Assembly (NCBI GenBank): GCA_002315325.1
Contig: DCGU01000076.1
Span: forward strand, 1-61,486
Direction: 5' to 3'
Source: Clostridiales bacterium UBA1770
GTDB lineage: Bacteria > Bacillota > Clostridia > Oscillospirales > CAG-272
DNA: 61,486 nt
A program made the translations under genes and the position numbers. Below the pieces are notes generated by a model. That model was not told the DNA's origin and ran no database searches. It saw only the letters and a list, made by a program, of their open reading frames with translations. Shown in pieces: positions 18,568 to 29,100 of the stretch (positions are counted from its first letter, which is position 1; each line of letters begins with the position of its first letter).

Positions 18568-19218
18568 GTGATTCAATTACAAAACGTCGAAAAAGGGTAT
18601 AACGGGGAGAGCGTGCTGCGCGGCGTCAATTTGACGGTGAACGACGGCGAGTATGTGTCCGTCATGGGCAGAAGCGGCAGCGGTAAATCGACGCTGCTGG
18701 CCATTCTGGGCGGCTTTCTGCAGCCCGACGGCGGCAGCGTGACGTGGGACGGCGAGGACGTTTACGCCATGAGCGCAGAACGTATGGCCCGTATGCGCTG
18801 CAACAAAATCGGCTTTGTGTTCCAGTCGTTTCGCCTGGTCAATACCCTGACGGTACGGGACAATATTCTGCTGCCGGGGCACCTGTCAAATCTGCCGCGT
18901 CGCGTCGTTTGGGATAATATAGAGAGACACGCGCACGACCTGGCAATAGAATCCTCTCTTGATAAATATCCGGATGAGCTGTCCGGCGGCCAATGCCAGC
19001 GTGCCGCCATCTGCCGCGCCCTTTGTTTTAACCCCTGTGTTTTGATATTGGACGAACCCACCGGGGCACTGGACGCTGCAAATGAAAAGGTGGTTATGGC
19101 ACTGCTCAAACGCGTCAATGAGGAATGCGGCACGACCATCGTGCAGGTGACGCACAGCAATATCGTCGCCGCCAATGCCCACCGCATTCTGCAAATGACG
19201 GACGGGGCACCCGTATGA
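18568..19218 (+). CDS. ABC transporter ATP-binding protein (MacB/FtsE/LolD-like), paralog 1
   Basis: The start is set at GTG 18568 behind AAGGGAG. It has Walker A GRSGSGKST, the signature LSGGQCQRAAICRAL, Walker B LILDEPTGALD and an H-loop VTHS. Confidence 0.88.
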   Translation: MIQLQNVEKGYNGESVLRGVNLTVNDGEYVSVMGRSGSGKSTLLAILGGFLQPDGGSVTWDGEDVYAMSAERMARMRCNKIGFVFQSFRLVNTLTVRDNILLPGHLSNLPRRVVWDNIERHAHDLAIESSLDKYPDELSGGQCQRAAICRALCFNPCVLILDEPTGALDAANEKVVMALLKRVNEECGTTIVQVTHSNIVAANAHRILQMTDGAPV

Positions 19219-21521
19219 GATATTATTTGAAACATTTGCGGCGCGCGATTGCGCGCCGCCCCGCACAGCCGCTGGTTATTATCTTAGTCCTTTTGCTGGC
19301 TTTCACGGTGACCTTTGTCAGCGTCAGCGCGGCAAACGGCATTGAGGACGATAACGCCTTAAAAAACGAGGCGGCCGGCGGTAACGCCGTGACGGTTTCG
19401 GCGTCGGCCTCATCGTCATTGCCCTTCGTATCCGCAGCGCCGCTGCAAACGTCCGGCTTGGACGTCTCTGCCGTCGGCACGTTTTCCATGCCGCTGACGC
19501 TTGGACAAACCGTCGTGCAGGGATATGCGCTCGATTGGGACAATGCAGGGGCTGTTTTCCCGCAATCGTTTGAACAATGTACGGCTGTATCGGCCGGGGA
19601 ACGGGCCGGTGCCCTGTTCGTTACCAAGGTTTTTGCCGATACGTACGCGTATCAAATCGGGGACGAGATTGCTTTTCGCCTGTACGGGTACGATTTGTAT
19701 TTTACGATACGCGGGTACTTTGATACCCCGATTTTGGGGGACGGCGACGTTACCTGTGACCTTGGGGCTTTATTATCCGCGTATTGCGACGCTTCCGGTT
19801 TGCGTGGAACGTACCCGTTTTTGACCGACGATTTCCTGTCCGCGGTTTGCGGTAAACTCTACGTCAAAAGTCCATCTTACACGACACAGGCGTTGGAAGA
19901 AGCCCTGCAGGCGCTCTATCCCGAGGCCGTCGTGGCGCCCGTCGTTACCGAGACTGCGGATAACGGCTTCGGTGTCTTTACCGTAATTCCTGCGGTGATT
20001 ACCGCCTTTACCTTTATGATTGCACTGGTCGTATCCGTTTCCTGCTTGTGGTGTCTGGCAAAACAGCGGCGGGAATACGCCCTGTTGTTCTCCTTTGTCG
20101 GGTTCTCGCCGCGCAGGGCGCTGCTTTGCCGCATCATCGAGATGCTGCTTTACACGCTGCCGGCAATGGGAATCGGGACGTTGGTATCCATCCCCATCGG
20201 CCGCCGTATCTTTGCCGGGATGGGGCTTTCCTTCGCAGAGTTTCATCTTTCATGGCAGGCGTTTTTGCCGGCCGCATTGATTTTGCTGTTTGTAGCAACG
20301 TTGTCTCCCGTTTTGGCCGATCTGCGTACCCCGCAACGTCGCCGTGCATTGCCCACGGGGCGTTTGGCGCTGTGTTGCTGTATCATCACGCTGCTGTCGG
20401 GCGGTGCCGCCTTCTTCGTTCCGGTGGCACGGCGCTTTTGGTTGGCAATACCGGCGGTGTTCCTATTGTTTATAACGATTTGTCTGTTGACACGCACGGC
20501 GTTCACGGCGCTGTTCGCTCACCTGTGTAAAAAGCGGCGTATGAGCGTGCCGCAGGAACTTGCAGTGAAAAACGGCGTCCGCGTTGGTGAATTGGTTAAT
20601 GCGGCACGGCTGCTTTGCGTGCTGCTGACAGCCGTTCTATGCCTTGGCTTTTTATCGTTTTCTTCCCGCCGCATGATGACGCTGACGGGACAAACGCTCA
20701 CGGGGGATTATCTGATTTCGGGTTCGGAAGCGGTTCTGACAAACGTCAAACAATCGGTGGAAGCCATGAATGAAACTGACGGCGTATATCCCGTGCGCGT
20801 ATGGAATGCCGAAACGGCATCGGGCGAACGCGCTTTCTTCTTGGGTATTACCGATACGGCGGTGTTGGGGTACGACTTCGGCGATACGCTGATATTGCCC
20901 GCCGCCGGGGACGTTGCTGCGGCCGCATTCATTGCCGATGCGCGCGGTTTTGCACTTGACGAAACCTTCGCCGTGAGCGACACCGTACAGACAAAGACGC
21001 TGCGCCTGACGCAAACGGTATCCACTTCCATGCCGCAAATGATTACGCATTACGATACGCTGCAGGGGGCGCCGACGTACCTGGTTGTCTCCGGCTCCGC
21101 GGGTGTGCCGCTGCAAACGCTGTATGAAGCGCTGCAGGACGTGACGGCAGGGCAGGCGGTGGAAATCCTGCCGGTCGACAGCCTTTTTGGGGCCTACGTG
21201 CGCGATATGACGCGGTACGTTTTCTTCGTGCGGTTTATGATGGCACTGCTTTGCGCCTTTGGATGTATCGGTATCGGCAATAATTTGTGCGAAAGTATTC
21301 GTTCCCGCCGCGAGGAGTTTGACGCATTGCTGCTATGCGGTATGACGCGGCGGCAGGTCAACGCCATGCTGCTGTATGAAAATCTGTACGTTTTGCTTTT
21401 TGCCGTTTTGGCGGCGCTGCCGGCACTGTTATTCGTCATTCCCGTGCTCAATTTGGGGTTGACGACGTATTCGACCGATTGCATACAGATTATTTTGGAT
21501 TGTATCCGTTTACACTTATAA
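19215..21521 (+). CDS. FtsX-family ABC permease (two FtsX-type TM bundles plus large extracytoplasmic regions), paralog 1
   Basis: The start is set at ATG 19215, overlapping the upstream stop (ATGA). It has an N-terminal TM helix, a large loop, a TM cluster around residues 270-480, a second loop and a C-terminal TM cluster. It is alignable along its length with the 38444-40774 product. Confidence 0.8.
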   Translation: MRYYLKHLRRAIARRPAQPLVIILVLLLAFTVTFVSVSAANGIEDDNALKNEAAGGNAVTVSASASSSLPFVSAAPLQTSGLDVSAVGTFSMPLTLGQTVVQGYALDWDNAGAVFPQSFEQCTAVSAGERAGALFVTKVFADTYAYQIGDEIAFRLYGYDLYFTIRGYFDTPILGDGDVTCDLGALLSAYCDASGLRGTYPFLTDDFLSAVCGKLYVKSPSYTTQALEEALQALYPEAVVAPVVTETADNGFGVFTVIPAVITAFTFMIALVVSVSCLWCLAKQRREYALLFSFVGFSPRRALLCRIIEMLLYTLPAMGIGTLVSIPIGRRIFAGMGLSFAEFHLSWQAFLPAALILLFVATLSPVLADLRTPQRRRALPTGRLALCCCIITLLSGGAAFFVPVARRFWLAIPAVFLLFITICLLTRTAFTALFAHLCKKRRMSVPQELAVKNGVRVGELVNAARLLCVLLTAVLCLGFLSFSSRRMMTLTGQTLTGDYLISGSEAVLTNVKQSVEAMNETDGVYPVRVWNAETASGERAFFLGITDTAVLGYDFGDTLILPAAGDVAAAAFIADARGFALDETFAVSDTVQTKTLRLTQTVSTSMPQMITHYDTLQGAPTYLVVSGSAGVPLQTLYEALQDVTAGQAVEILPVDSLFGAYVRDMTRYVFFVRFMMALLCAFGCIGIGNNLCESIRSRREEFDALLLCGMTRRQVNAMLLYENLYVLLFAVLAALPALLFVIPVLNLGLTTYSTDCIQIILDCIRLHL

Positions 21522-21540
21522 GATATTTTTGGGGGTAGTT

Positions 21541-22776
21541 ATGCAACAAAATCAAATTGCACCGCAGCCGCAGGGCCGGCTTTTGGCACTCGATCGGCTC
21601 AAGGGACTGTGCCTGGTATTAATGCTGTTTTTTGAGTCCGTCGGTTTTTTTAAGTGTTTCGGCCCGTTGTATTACATTGCCGCCGACACGCGCAAGGATC
21701 GCGTGGAAATCCTGCCCGGCATGGAATGGGGCGATTGCCTTTTGCCGATGTTCTTATTGTTAATCGGTATGTCCTGCTATTTGGCGTTTACCCGCCGTGC
21801 CGCGACAGACCGTCCCGGTGCCTTTCGGCACTTGGCACACCGCTATTTGATGTTCGCAGCGCTCGGCAGCTGTTTGGTATCGCTGGAGAACCTGATGAAC
21901 GGATGGCTCGACGATATCTTCGGCGTGCAGGCGATTTGCGTGGTTTGCGCACTTTCCGGTATTGCCTATGCCGTATGCGGTAAGTGCTGCGGAAAAATGA
22001 AAAACGGCAATACGTTCGTCTATATTTGCAAGGTTATCTTTTATACGTCGGTCGTTGCGTTGGTGGTTTTGGATTGGCCCTTAATGCTGATCGACGCATG
22101 GAGACAATTGTTTTCTGCCGGAACGGCACAACGTTTTTATGATACGTCCTTCATGCATTGGAGCATTTTACACGTCTTTGCGTATGCAGGCATATTGAGT
22201 CTGCCGTTCATCGCGGCAAAATCACGTGCGCGCACTATTTCCTTCATTGCACTGCTTGCCGTACGGTACGGCCTGCATTTTGTTCCGCTTTTACAAGAGC
22301 GCCGCAGCGCCTTGGTTATGGGCGGCCCGTGGGGTACGTTCGGCTGGGTAACCTGTATCGTCGGCGGTTATATTTTGTGCGAAAACTACGTGCACGCCAA
22401 GCGCCCGTGGCTGGTTTGTATGCTGACGTTTGCCGGTACCGTCGCCGCGGCAATTCCGGCAACCATCCTGCAGCCCATTTCCTCTCGCGGTGTTTCCGTC
22501 AACTTTTTGCTGTTGACGTTTGCTTTCTTTACGCTGCTGCTGTTTTTAGTTGCGGCATTCGACCGCGTTCGCATCCCCTTTGACCTGTTAGCACTGTGGG
22601 GTAAAAGCCCGATCCTGATTTTTGCCATAGGGCTGGCTTTCAAAGTGGTGCTTTTGCTGTGGCTGCCCCTGGAGGAACCGCTATGGGTGGCATTGACCTT
22701 TATCGGCGTTTGTTTTGCCATTCTGCTCGGCGTGACGGTCTTGTTGAACAAATCCAAGAAGGCCATCAAGTTGTGA
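21541..22776 (+). CDS. Polytopic membrane protein (possible DUF1624/acyltransferase-like)
   Basis: ATG 21541 lies behind GGGGG. About 10 hydrophobic helices are predicted. The N-terminal RLLALDRLKGLCLVLM resembles the RxxSLDxxRG start of heparan-glucosaminide N-acetyltransferase-like proteins. This functional hint is weak. Confidence 0.6.
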   Translation: MQQNQIAPQPQGRLLALDRLKGLCLVLMLFFESVGFFKCFGPLYYIAADTRKDRVEILPGMEWGDCLLPMFLLLIGMSCYLAFTRRAATDRPGAFRHLAHRYLMFAALGSCLVSLENLMNGWLDDIFGVQAICVVCALSGIAYAVCGKCCGKMKNGNTFVYICKVIFYTSVVALVVLDWPLMLIDAWRQLFSAGTAQRFYDTSFMHWSILHVFAYAGILSLPFIAAKSRARTISFIALLAVRYGLHFVPLLQERRSALVMGGPWGTFGWVTCIVGGYILCENYVHAKRPWLVCMLTFAGTVAAAIPATILQPISSRGVSVNFLLLTFAFFTLLLFLVAAFDRVRIPFDLLALWGKSPILIFAIGLAFKVVLLLWLPLEEPLWVALTFIGVCFAILLGVTVLLNKSKKAIKL

Positions 22777-22808
22777 TTTTATCCTTTCCGGTGCACCCCA
22801 CGGGCGTT

Positions 22809-22851
22809 CTGTTCCCAAAACTTTACATTTTTTCATTTTTCGGGAATAGAA
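22809..22851 (+). repeat. Conserved 43-nt inverted-repeat element, copy 1
   Basis: CTGTTCCCAAAACTTTACATTTTTTCATTTTTCGGGAATAGAA matches 42211-42253 at 39 of 43 positions. The arms are CTRTTCCC / GGGAATAG around an AT-rich 25-27-nt centre. Confidence 0.7.
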
Positions 22852-22902
22852 CGCTTTAAACGGTTTAGTTGTAACGTTGTAGTCTATGATAGTCAAAAAA
22901 CG

Positions 22903-22943
22903 CTCGCCTGCGCCATACGTGTGACGCAGGCGAGTTTTTGTTT
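22903..22943 (+). terminator. Rho-independent terminator after the ABC/membrane-protein operon
   Basis: A 10-bp stem (CTCGCCTGCG / CGCAGGCGAG) is followed by TTTTTGTTT. Confidence 0.8.
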
Positions 22944-23035
22944 AAAAAACGTTTTTCGGTTCCGCCGAGCAGATAGTTGTGCAACCTTATCCCACCCCAA
23001 AATCAAAGCAACAGCAGGGACTGATTATTTAGCGG

Positions 23036-23064
23036 TTGACCTATTTTTACTATTATGGTATAAT
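23036..23064 (+). promoter_or_regulatory. Near-consensus sigma-70 promoter of the giant-protein operon
   Basis: TTGACC (23036-23041), a 17-nt spacer ending in TGG (extended -10), then TATAAT (23059-23064). It lies 74 nt upstream of ATG 23138. Confidence 0.65.
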
Positions 23065-23137
23065 GAACAAAATTATTTTCTTATATTTGCGCTTTGATAT
23101 AAAGAAATAATGGTTTTCTTTTCAGGAGGAATTCAAA

Positions 23138-26100
23138 ATGATGAAAAAGCTTTTGAGTGTGCTGCTGGCGCTGACCATGATGACGAGCCTGGTATCCGTG
23201 TTCGCCGTCGACGTCGGTGCAGAGGAGCCGAGCCTGCAGGCTACGGCTGCCCCCGCGGTACCCGATGCAGTCGCCGATGATCCCGACAGATATACGATCA
23301 TCGTCCCGACAAAGAGTGACGTTGCCGTCGTGGAGGGAGTGCCGGTTGCCTGGCCTGCCTCTCCTTTTGTCAACCTTGACTATATTGAAGTGAACGGGAT
23401 ATTCGACAAACAAATCGTCACCTCTTGTGACGTGACCGATTTCGTGTCAACAGCATTCCCGGAATCTGCTGCCGACGCGTACTTTTATGCGTCACTGGTC
23501 GATGCGGGCATGGGGGACTATGATTCCACGTCTGCGTATCGCAACGGTACAATTAAGATTAATAAAATAACTTCCCTCAAGTATGCATACGTACAGGACC
23601 AGCCTGCGCCGACAGGAACGGAACTTATGCAAGACAAAAACTTTGTTTATGACGTTTTATCTACGTATAAAATGGGCTATGAAGCCTATTTTGAAACGGA
23701 CGCTGTCGGCAACGTGAATAAGGTACACATTGACTATGATTTTACGTCCAAAAATCAAAACGATGACAAACAGGAGTGTACCACGCACCTTTTAGCGTTT
23801 GCTGGGACTGTAGATCAGTCGATGAACGTGACGCCCGTTTTACAAAAGCTGACGGGTGCGGAGATGCAAACGTACGCGCTGCATGCCGACTCTTTGGCCG
23901 TTCAAAATTACGGGGCAGCGTGGGAGACCGTGTATGATGCAGAGGGGAATGCGGTTACCGGTGCCATTGTATACGATAAAGTGAATAAAGCCTACTTTAC
24001 GGAGTTTGATTTGACTGCGTACGATTTGGCGTCCGGTGTGTACAATATTGCCTTTATCTTAACGTACAAGGACAATTACAACCACCATTACGCGATGGTG
24101 GTGAACAGTGCCCCGGGTTGTTATGGAGTCGAGTACTATGCGCCGGCATACGACGTGCAGATGACGCCCGGTTCCACGGACGACGTTGCTACGACAACGG
24201 ATATTATGATGCAGTATCGCATGAATGAGACCGGGGTGTGGGAGGGCAATGACGTCGTATACGGCGTCAATACCCTGGGTTCCGTTTCCTTCAGAATTAA
24301 AGACGACGCTGCGGAAAAGGCCCCCTACGTCGTCACGATTCCCGATTTTGCTTTCGGTCACTTTGATGAAACGGCTGCCTCCGTTACGTACGACGGTACC
24401 GATTGCGGGGCACTGTTCTCCGCAGACCTCACGCTGCCCGTGATCAATCGCCGTTTCCTTAATTTTAAATTGTACAAGGTTCTCGGCGACGGGCTGCGCC
24501 AATTGGTTTGCACGCCGGAATACACTTATTATAAAAACCTGCTCCGTGAATCCGACTTTTTCTCCTGTGCCGTGCTCAACTCCCTCAACGTCGGTAACTA
24601 CGAGATGGAAATCCTGTACGACGCTGTGGGTGACTACGAACCGGACTATATTACGGTCCCGTTTACCATTACCCCCTACGCAATCGATGAAAACACGCGC
24701 GACGTCTACGTGACGACGATTATCACCGAGTGCGAAGAAGCAGAACCCATCGGCTTTTCCTATGAAACAGAATGGGACGAGAGTTTTGCCGATAATACGG
24801 CCAACCTGGCGGACTATTTGGCGTTCAAACAGGCCTACGCAAACGGCATTTTACCCTCTGCCGCTGAATTGGCATCCGGTGCCGTGACGTCCGCCACGGA
24901 GTTGTACAACCGCTTGCATGCTTCCTACACGGACGTTGTTGCCAAGTATAAGGATGCATTGACGGCGTACAATTTGTTCTATCAAGTGGCAAACAAGCTC
25001 AGCACGTTTGCCCTCAATAAAAATGCAAACGAAACGTTTGCGGATACCGACAGCGACGTGGAGAAAACGTTAATCCATTTATTGCTGAGCTATTATGGAA
25101 CCTATTTGGAAGATGATACAAGAATCCTATGTACGACCGATACGGACGTGGCCATGATGCACTCCTATTTGATGGATGCCTACAACGCGTACGTTGCGTA
25201 TGCGGATGTCTATCGGGCCTTCACGGCGGCCTGCGCAGAGGCCGGCATCACCGTAACGGCGTTTGATGACGCGACGCTTGCGTCCTATGCGCAAACGGTT
25301 GCCGCCTACAGGAGTCTCGTTACCCTGACCGATGCCGAACATTTCTACTGGCGCGCCATCCCCGAAGACGCTGCCGCGTTCACTTTCACGCAGATTGAAC
25401 GCCCGCAATTACCCGGCGGCTTTATTTCCCCGGCAGCAATCGAACGCAGCTATACCGGCGTCGGCCAAACCCCCAACATCCTCCTGACTTACTGTTTTGA
25501 AGGATACAGCATTTACGATGACGGTGCTATGCATACTCCTGTTATTCGCACCGGTTATGCACATGCGTCCGCGATGTATAATCAGGCCGCAACCGATGCT
25601 GTAAGAAATTATTACAATTACTATTCCTGTGTGGTGATTGCTATGCCCAAGACGGGTGTTTGGGCGGATTATAATACCGGTGCCTGTGAGTATCTCTCCT
25701 ATCGGATTCTGCATGACGGCGTCGACGTGCGCCGCAATACCGCACTCCCCGGCACCTACGATATTACCCTTGCTTTCGAGGGGAACTTCACGGGTTCTGT
25801 TGCCGGTTTGACGTATACCGTGAACAAGAACGTCCTGACCAACCCCATGTTTACGGCCGGCACGTCCGAGACGGATTATACGGGTGAAGCCCTGGATGTG
25901 AAGGTGCACCTGACGCAGGTATTATCCGGCCAACTCTATGAAATTGTGCCCGATCGATTAAAGCTGTTCGGGGCAGCGTATAACAATAGCATATCGTTAT
26001 CAAGTTACGTTGACTACGGCTTCTTAAAGGGCGATATGTCTTACACCATTGTTCGTGTGGACGGTGCATCGCTGACCGACGTGGACGAAATCAGGGATGC

Positions 26101-29100
26101 CGGCGAGTATATCGTTACCTATTATTTAAATGACGAACACATCTTGCTGGCAGACGGCACGACGGTGACCGACGTACACGTTACGGTAAACCCCGTCAAC
26201 GTGGCCATCAATGCTGCCGTGAACGGCGCCGCATACGGCGATACGTTGACGGACGTCTTGGCCAAGACCGAGATTAAGGCAATGAACACCTGGCACGGCG
26301 GTACAACGGACAGCGCATTCTCCTATGATCTCAGTAAAGCCGTTTTGGAAGTTTACGAGAAAGACGGCTACGTACCGATGACTGCGACGGCCACGGTGCT
26401 GGCCGGTGAATTATACCGCCTGACCGTACCGGTGACGCTGACCGATGCCGTCAATTTCACGTTTGACGGAAACGACAGCGTACTGAACGGCAATGCGCTG
26501 AGCATCACCTTTGTCGCACAGCGCAGGGTGGTGGATATCATTTGGAGCGAGGGCGATTACGAGAAATACGTTTCCGAAGATAAGGAACTGCCCGTTTCCT
26601 CCGTTGCCGCCTCCTACACCGATATCGATGGTAAAGAAGTGGCACTGCTGGTTACGTGCGAGCACGACCTGACCGGCGCCGGCGTGTACGATATCGACGT
26701 TGCGTTTGCCACTGCCGAGGAGGCCGCCAATTACGAATTCTCCGCTGTCTCCCACAGGGCATTTGTTGTTAAGAAAGATAAGATTACTGTCAGCGACACG
26801 TCGCTTTCCTACGTCACGGACGAAAATTGGATTTATTACGGCCAGCATTATCTGGATTACGGTTTCACCTACGTGATTTCCTTCGCCGGTGAGCATTGCG
26901 GCGATTTTATCATTACCTACAGCGATTACGACCGTACGGCCGAAAAAGAAAACGCTTACGAAAAGTTCACCGTTTGGACGGATACGAGCATCGGCGTGGT
27001 TCCCGGCAGTATCGTCAGACGCATCGCGTCGGGCGATTTGTACAACGGACCGCTGTATATCAATGCCGATGACATGGATCGCATTCCCGTCGGTACGTGG
27101 GTTGACGAGCTGCAATTGTTCGTCAATAACGAAGATTACGAGTTGACGGAAGATACGATTTACGTCTCCTTCTACGTATCGGCAACGGATATGACCGGAC
27201 AGCCGGTTAAAACGGCACCCGATGCCGACCTGTGCTGCACCGGCTATCCCATTGAGCCCGAATTTGTGATTTCTAACCCGTACAGCGGCAGACCCCTGGT
27301 TTCCGGGACCGACTATATTGTGACGTTTGCTTCCAACACCGATGTCGGTACGGCCACCGCATATATTACGTATATCGGCAATTACGTCGGCTCCGCCACC
27401 GTGGAATTCGACCTGGTGAAACGCGACCTCGGCAATATCGCCGACCTGGTCAGCGTAACCGATATGACCTATACCGGCAGCGGTGTTGAACCGACGCCTG
27501 TCTTCCACGTCAACGGCATTCTGATAAAAGCCAAGGATATCGTGGTTACCTACACGGATAACGTTAACGTCGGTACGGCAACCGTTTTGATTCAGGCGGC
27601 AGCCGACGGTAACTTCACGTTTGAAGACGTTGAATTGCCGTTTGCCGTTCTCCCCAAGACGTTGACGGCGTATAACGTCGTCATCCCCGGCGTTACCTAC
27701 GACGGCAGCGCGAAAACGCCCGCCGTTTCGATAGCCGACGGTCAGTGCGCGCTGCAGGCCGGCATCGACTACACGGTGACCTACACGGATAACGTCAACG
27801 CCGGCAACGGTAAAGCGATTATTACGTTCAGCGGCAACTATGCCGGTACCATTGAAAAAGAGTTTGTCATTTCTCCGATCTATATGGGCGGCGCCGACGT
27901 TACGGCAGAATCTGCCGTTTATGACGGCACCGAGAAAACGCCCAACGTGACCGTCACGTACGGCGGCGAAACGGTAAATGCTTCCTATTATGACGTATCC
28001 TATGAGGACAACGTCGATGCCGGCGAAGGAGACGTGATCGTCGTATTCCGCGGCAACTACAGCGGTACCGTTGTCGCCCATTTCACCATTGCGCCGAAGG
28101 ATATGAGCCAAGTACCCGTTGTCATCACCGCTACGGATTACAACGGCAAACCGCAAACCCCGGAACTCATTCTGAAAAACGGCTACGTCGTATTGACGTC
28201 CGGTACCGATTATTACGTTACGTATACCGATAACGTCAACGCCGGCACGGCGAAGGCAACGATTTCCTACTGCGGTAACTACACCGGTACGGTAGAGGTG
28301 CCCTTCACCATCAACGCGTTGGACGGCACGATGACCAAGATTTCTGTTCCCGCTGTTCCGTATACCGGAAAAGAACAAACGCCCACGCCGTACGTCGTGG
28401 ATGAAGTAAACGCGTACGCATTGATCCCGGGCACCGATTTCGTCGTTTCCTATACGGATAACGTCGCGTTCGGCACGGGTATTGCCCATATTACCTTTAT
28501 CGGCAACTACGTCGGCACGATGGACGTCAACTTTGTCATCGGTGAAAAAGATATGAACGGTGCTGTGGCAACCGTGTCCGATATGACCTACACCGGTAAG
28601 GAACTTAAACCTACCGTATGGCTGTACGACGGCAACAACCTCTTAATCGAGGGCAAAGACTTCGACGTCAAGTACAGTGACAACGTCAACGTCGGCACGG
28701 CAAAAGCGGCCATCACCTTCAAGGGCTGCTATAAGGGTACGACGGCAGTAACCTTTGCCGTATTGCCCGCCGATCTTTCTGATACGAACGTTCAGCTTGA
28801 TGACGTTGTATACACGGGCAGCGCCGTAACGCCTGCCATTGTGATCCCGTTCGGTGACGGTAACGTTGATGCGGGCGATTACAAGGCGGTATTTACGAAT
28901 AACGTCAATGCCGGTACCGCTTCCGTTAAGATTACCTTGGGCGGCAACTATAAGGGCGAGATTGTCGCCACGTTTACCGTTCTGCAAAAGAAAGTAACCC
29001 TGACTGCGGCTAACGTCAAAGTTGCCCGTGCCGCCTATACCGGCAAGGCACTCACGCCTGCCGTTACCGTGACCGTGGACGGTTTGGTGCTTGATCCCGC

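Noticed and set aside
18568-21521. Interpretation of the ABC pairs as BceAB-type antimicrobial-peptide resistance modules
   Set aside because: This is not rejected outright but is not adopted. No BceRS-like two-component genes are adjacent, and the pairs bracket giant surface-protein genes. The sequence alone cannot decide, so this stays as the alternative hypothesis to the island finding.
26411-28489. Long antisense or alternate-frame ORFs overlapping real genes (this 692-aa one; also 3112-4320, 6165-7568, 14396-15196, 16284-17285, 28643-30343, 32527-34554, 50958-53147 and 53331-54602)
   Set aside because: These are shadow ORFs typical of GC-rich third-codon positions. Their products are R/G/V/H-rich and lack motifs, whereas the opposite-strand or in-frame genes have strong family signatures.
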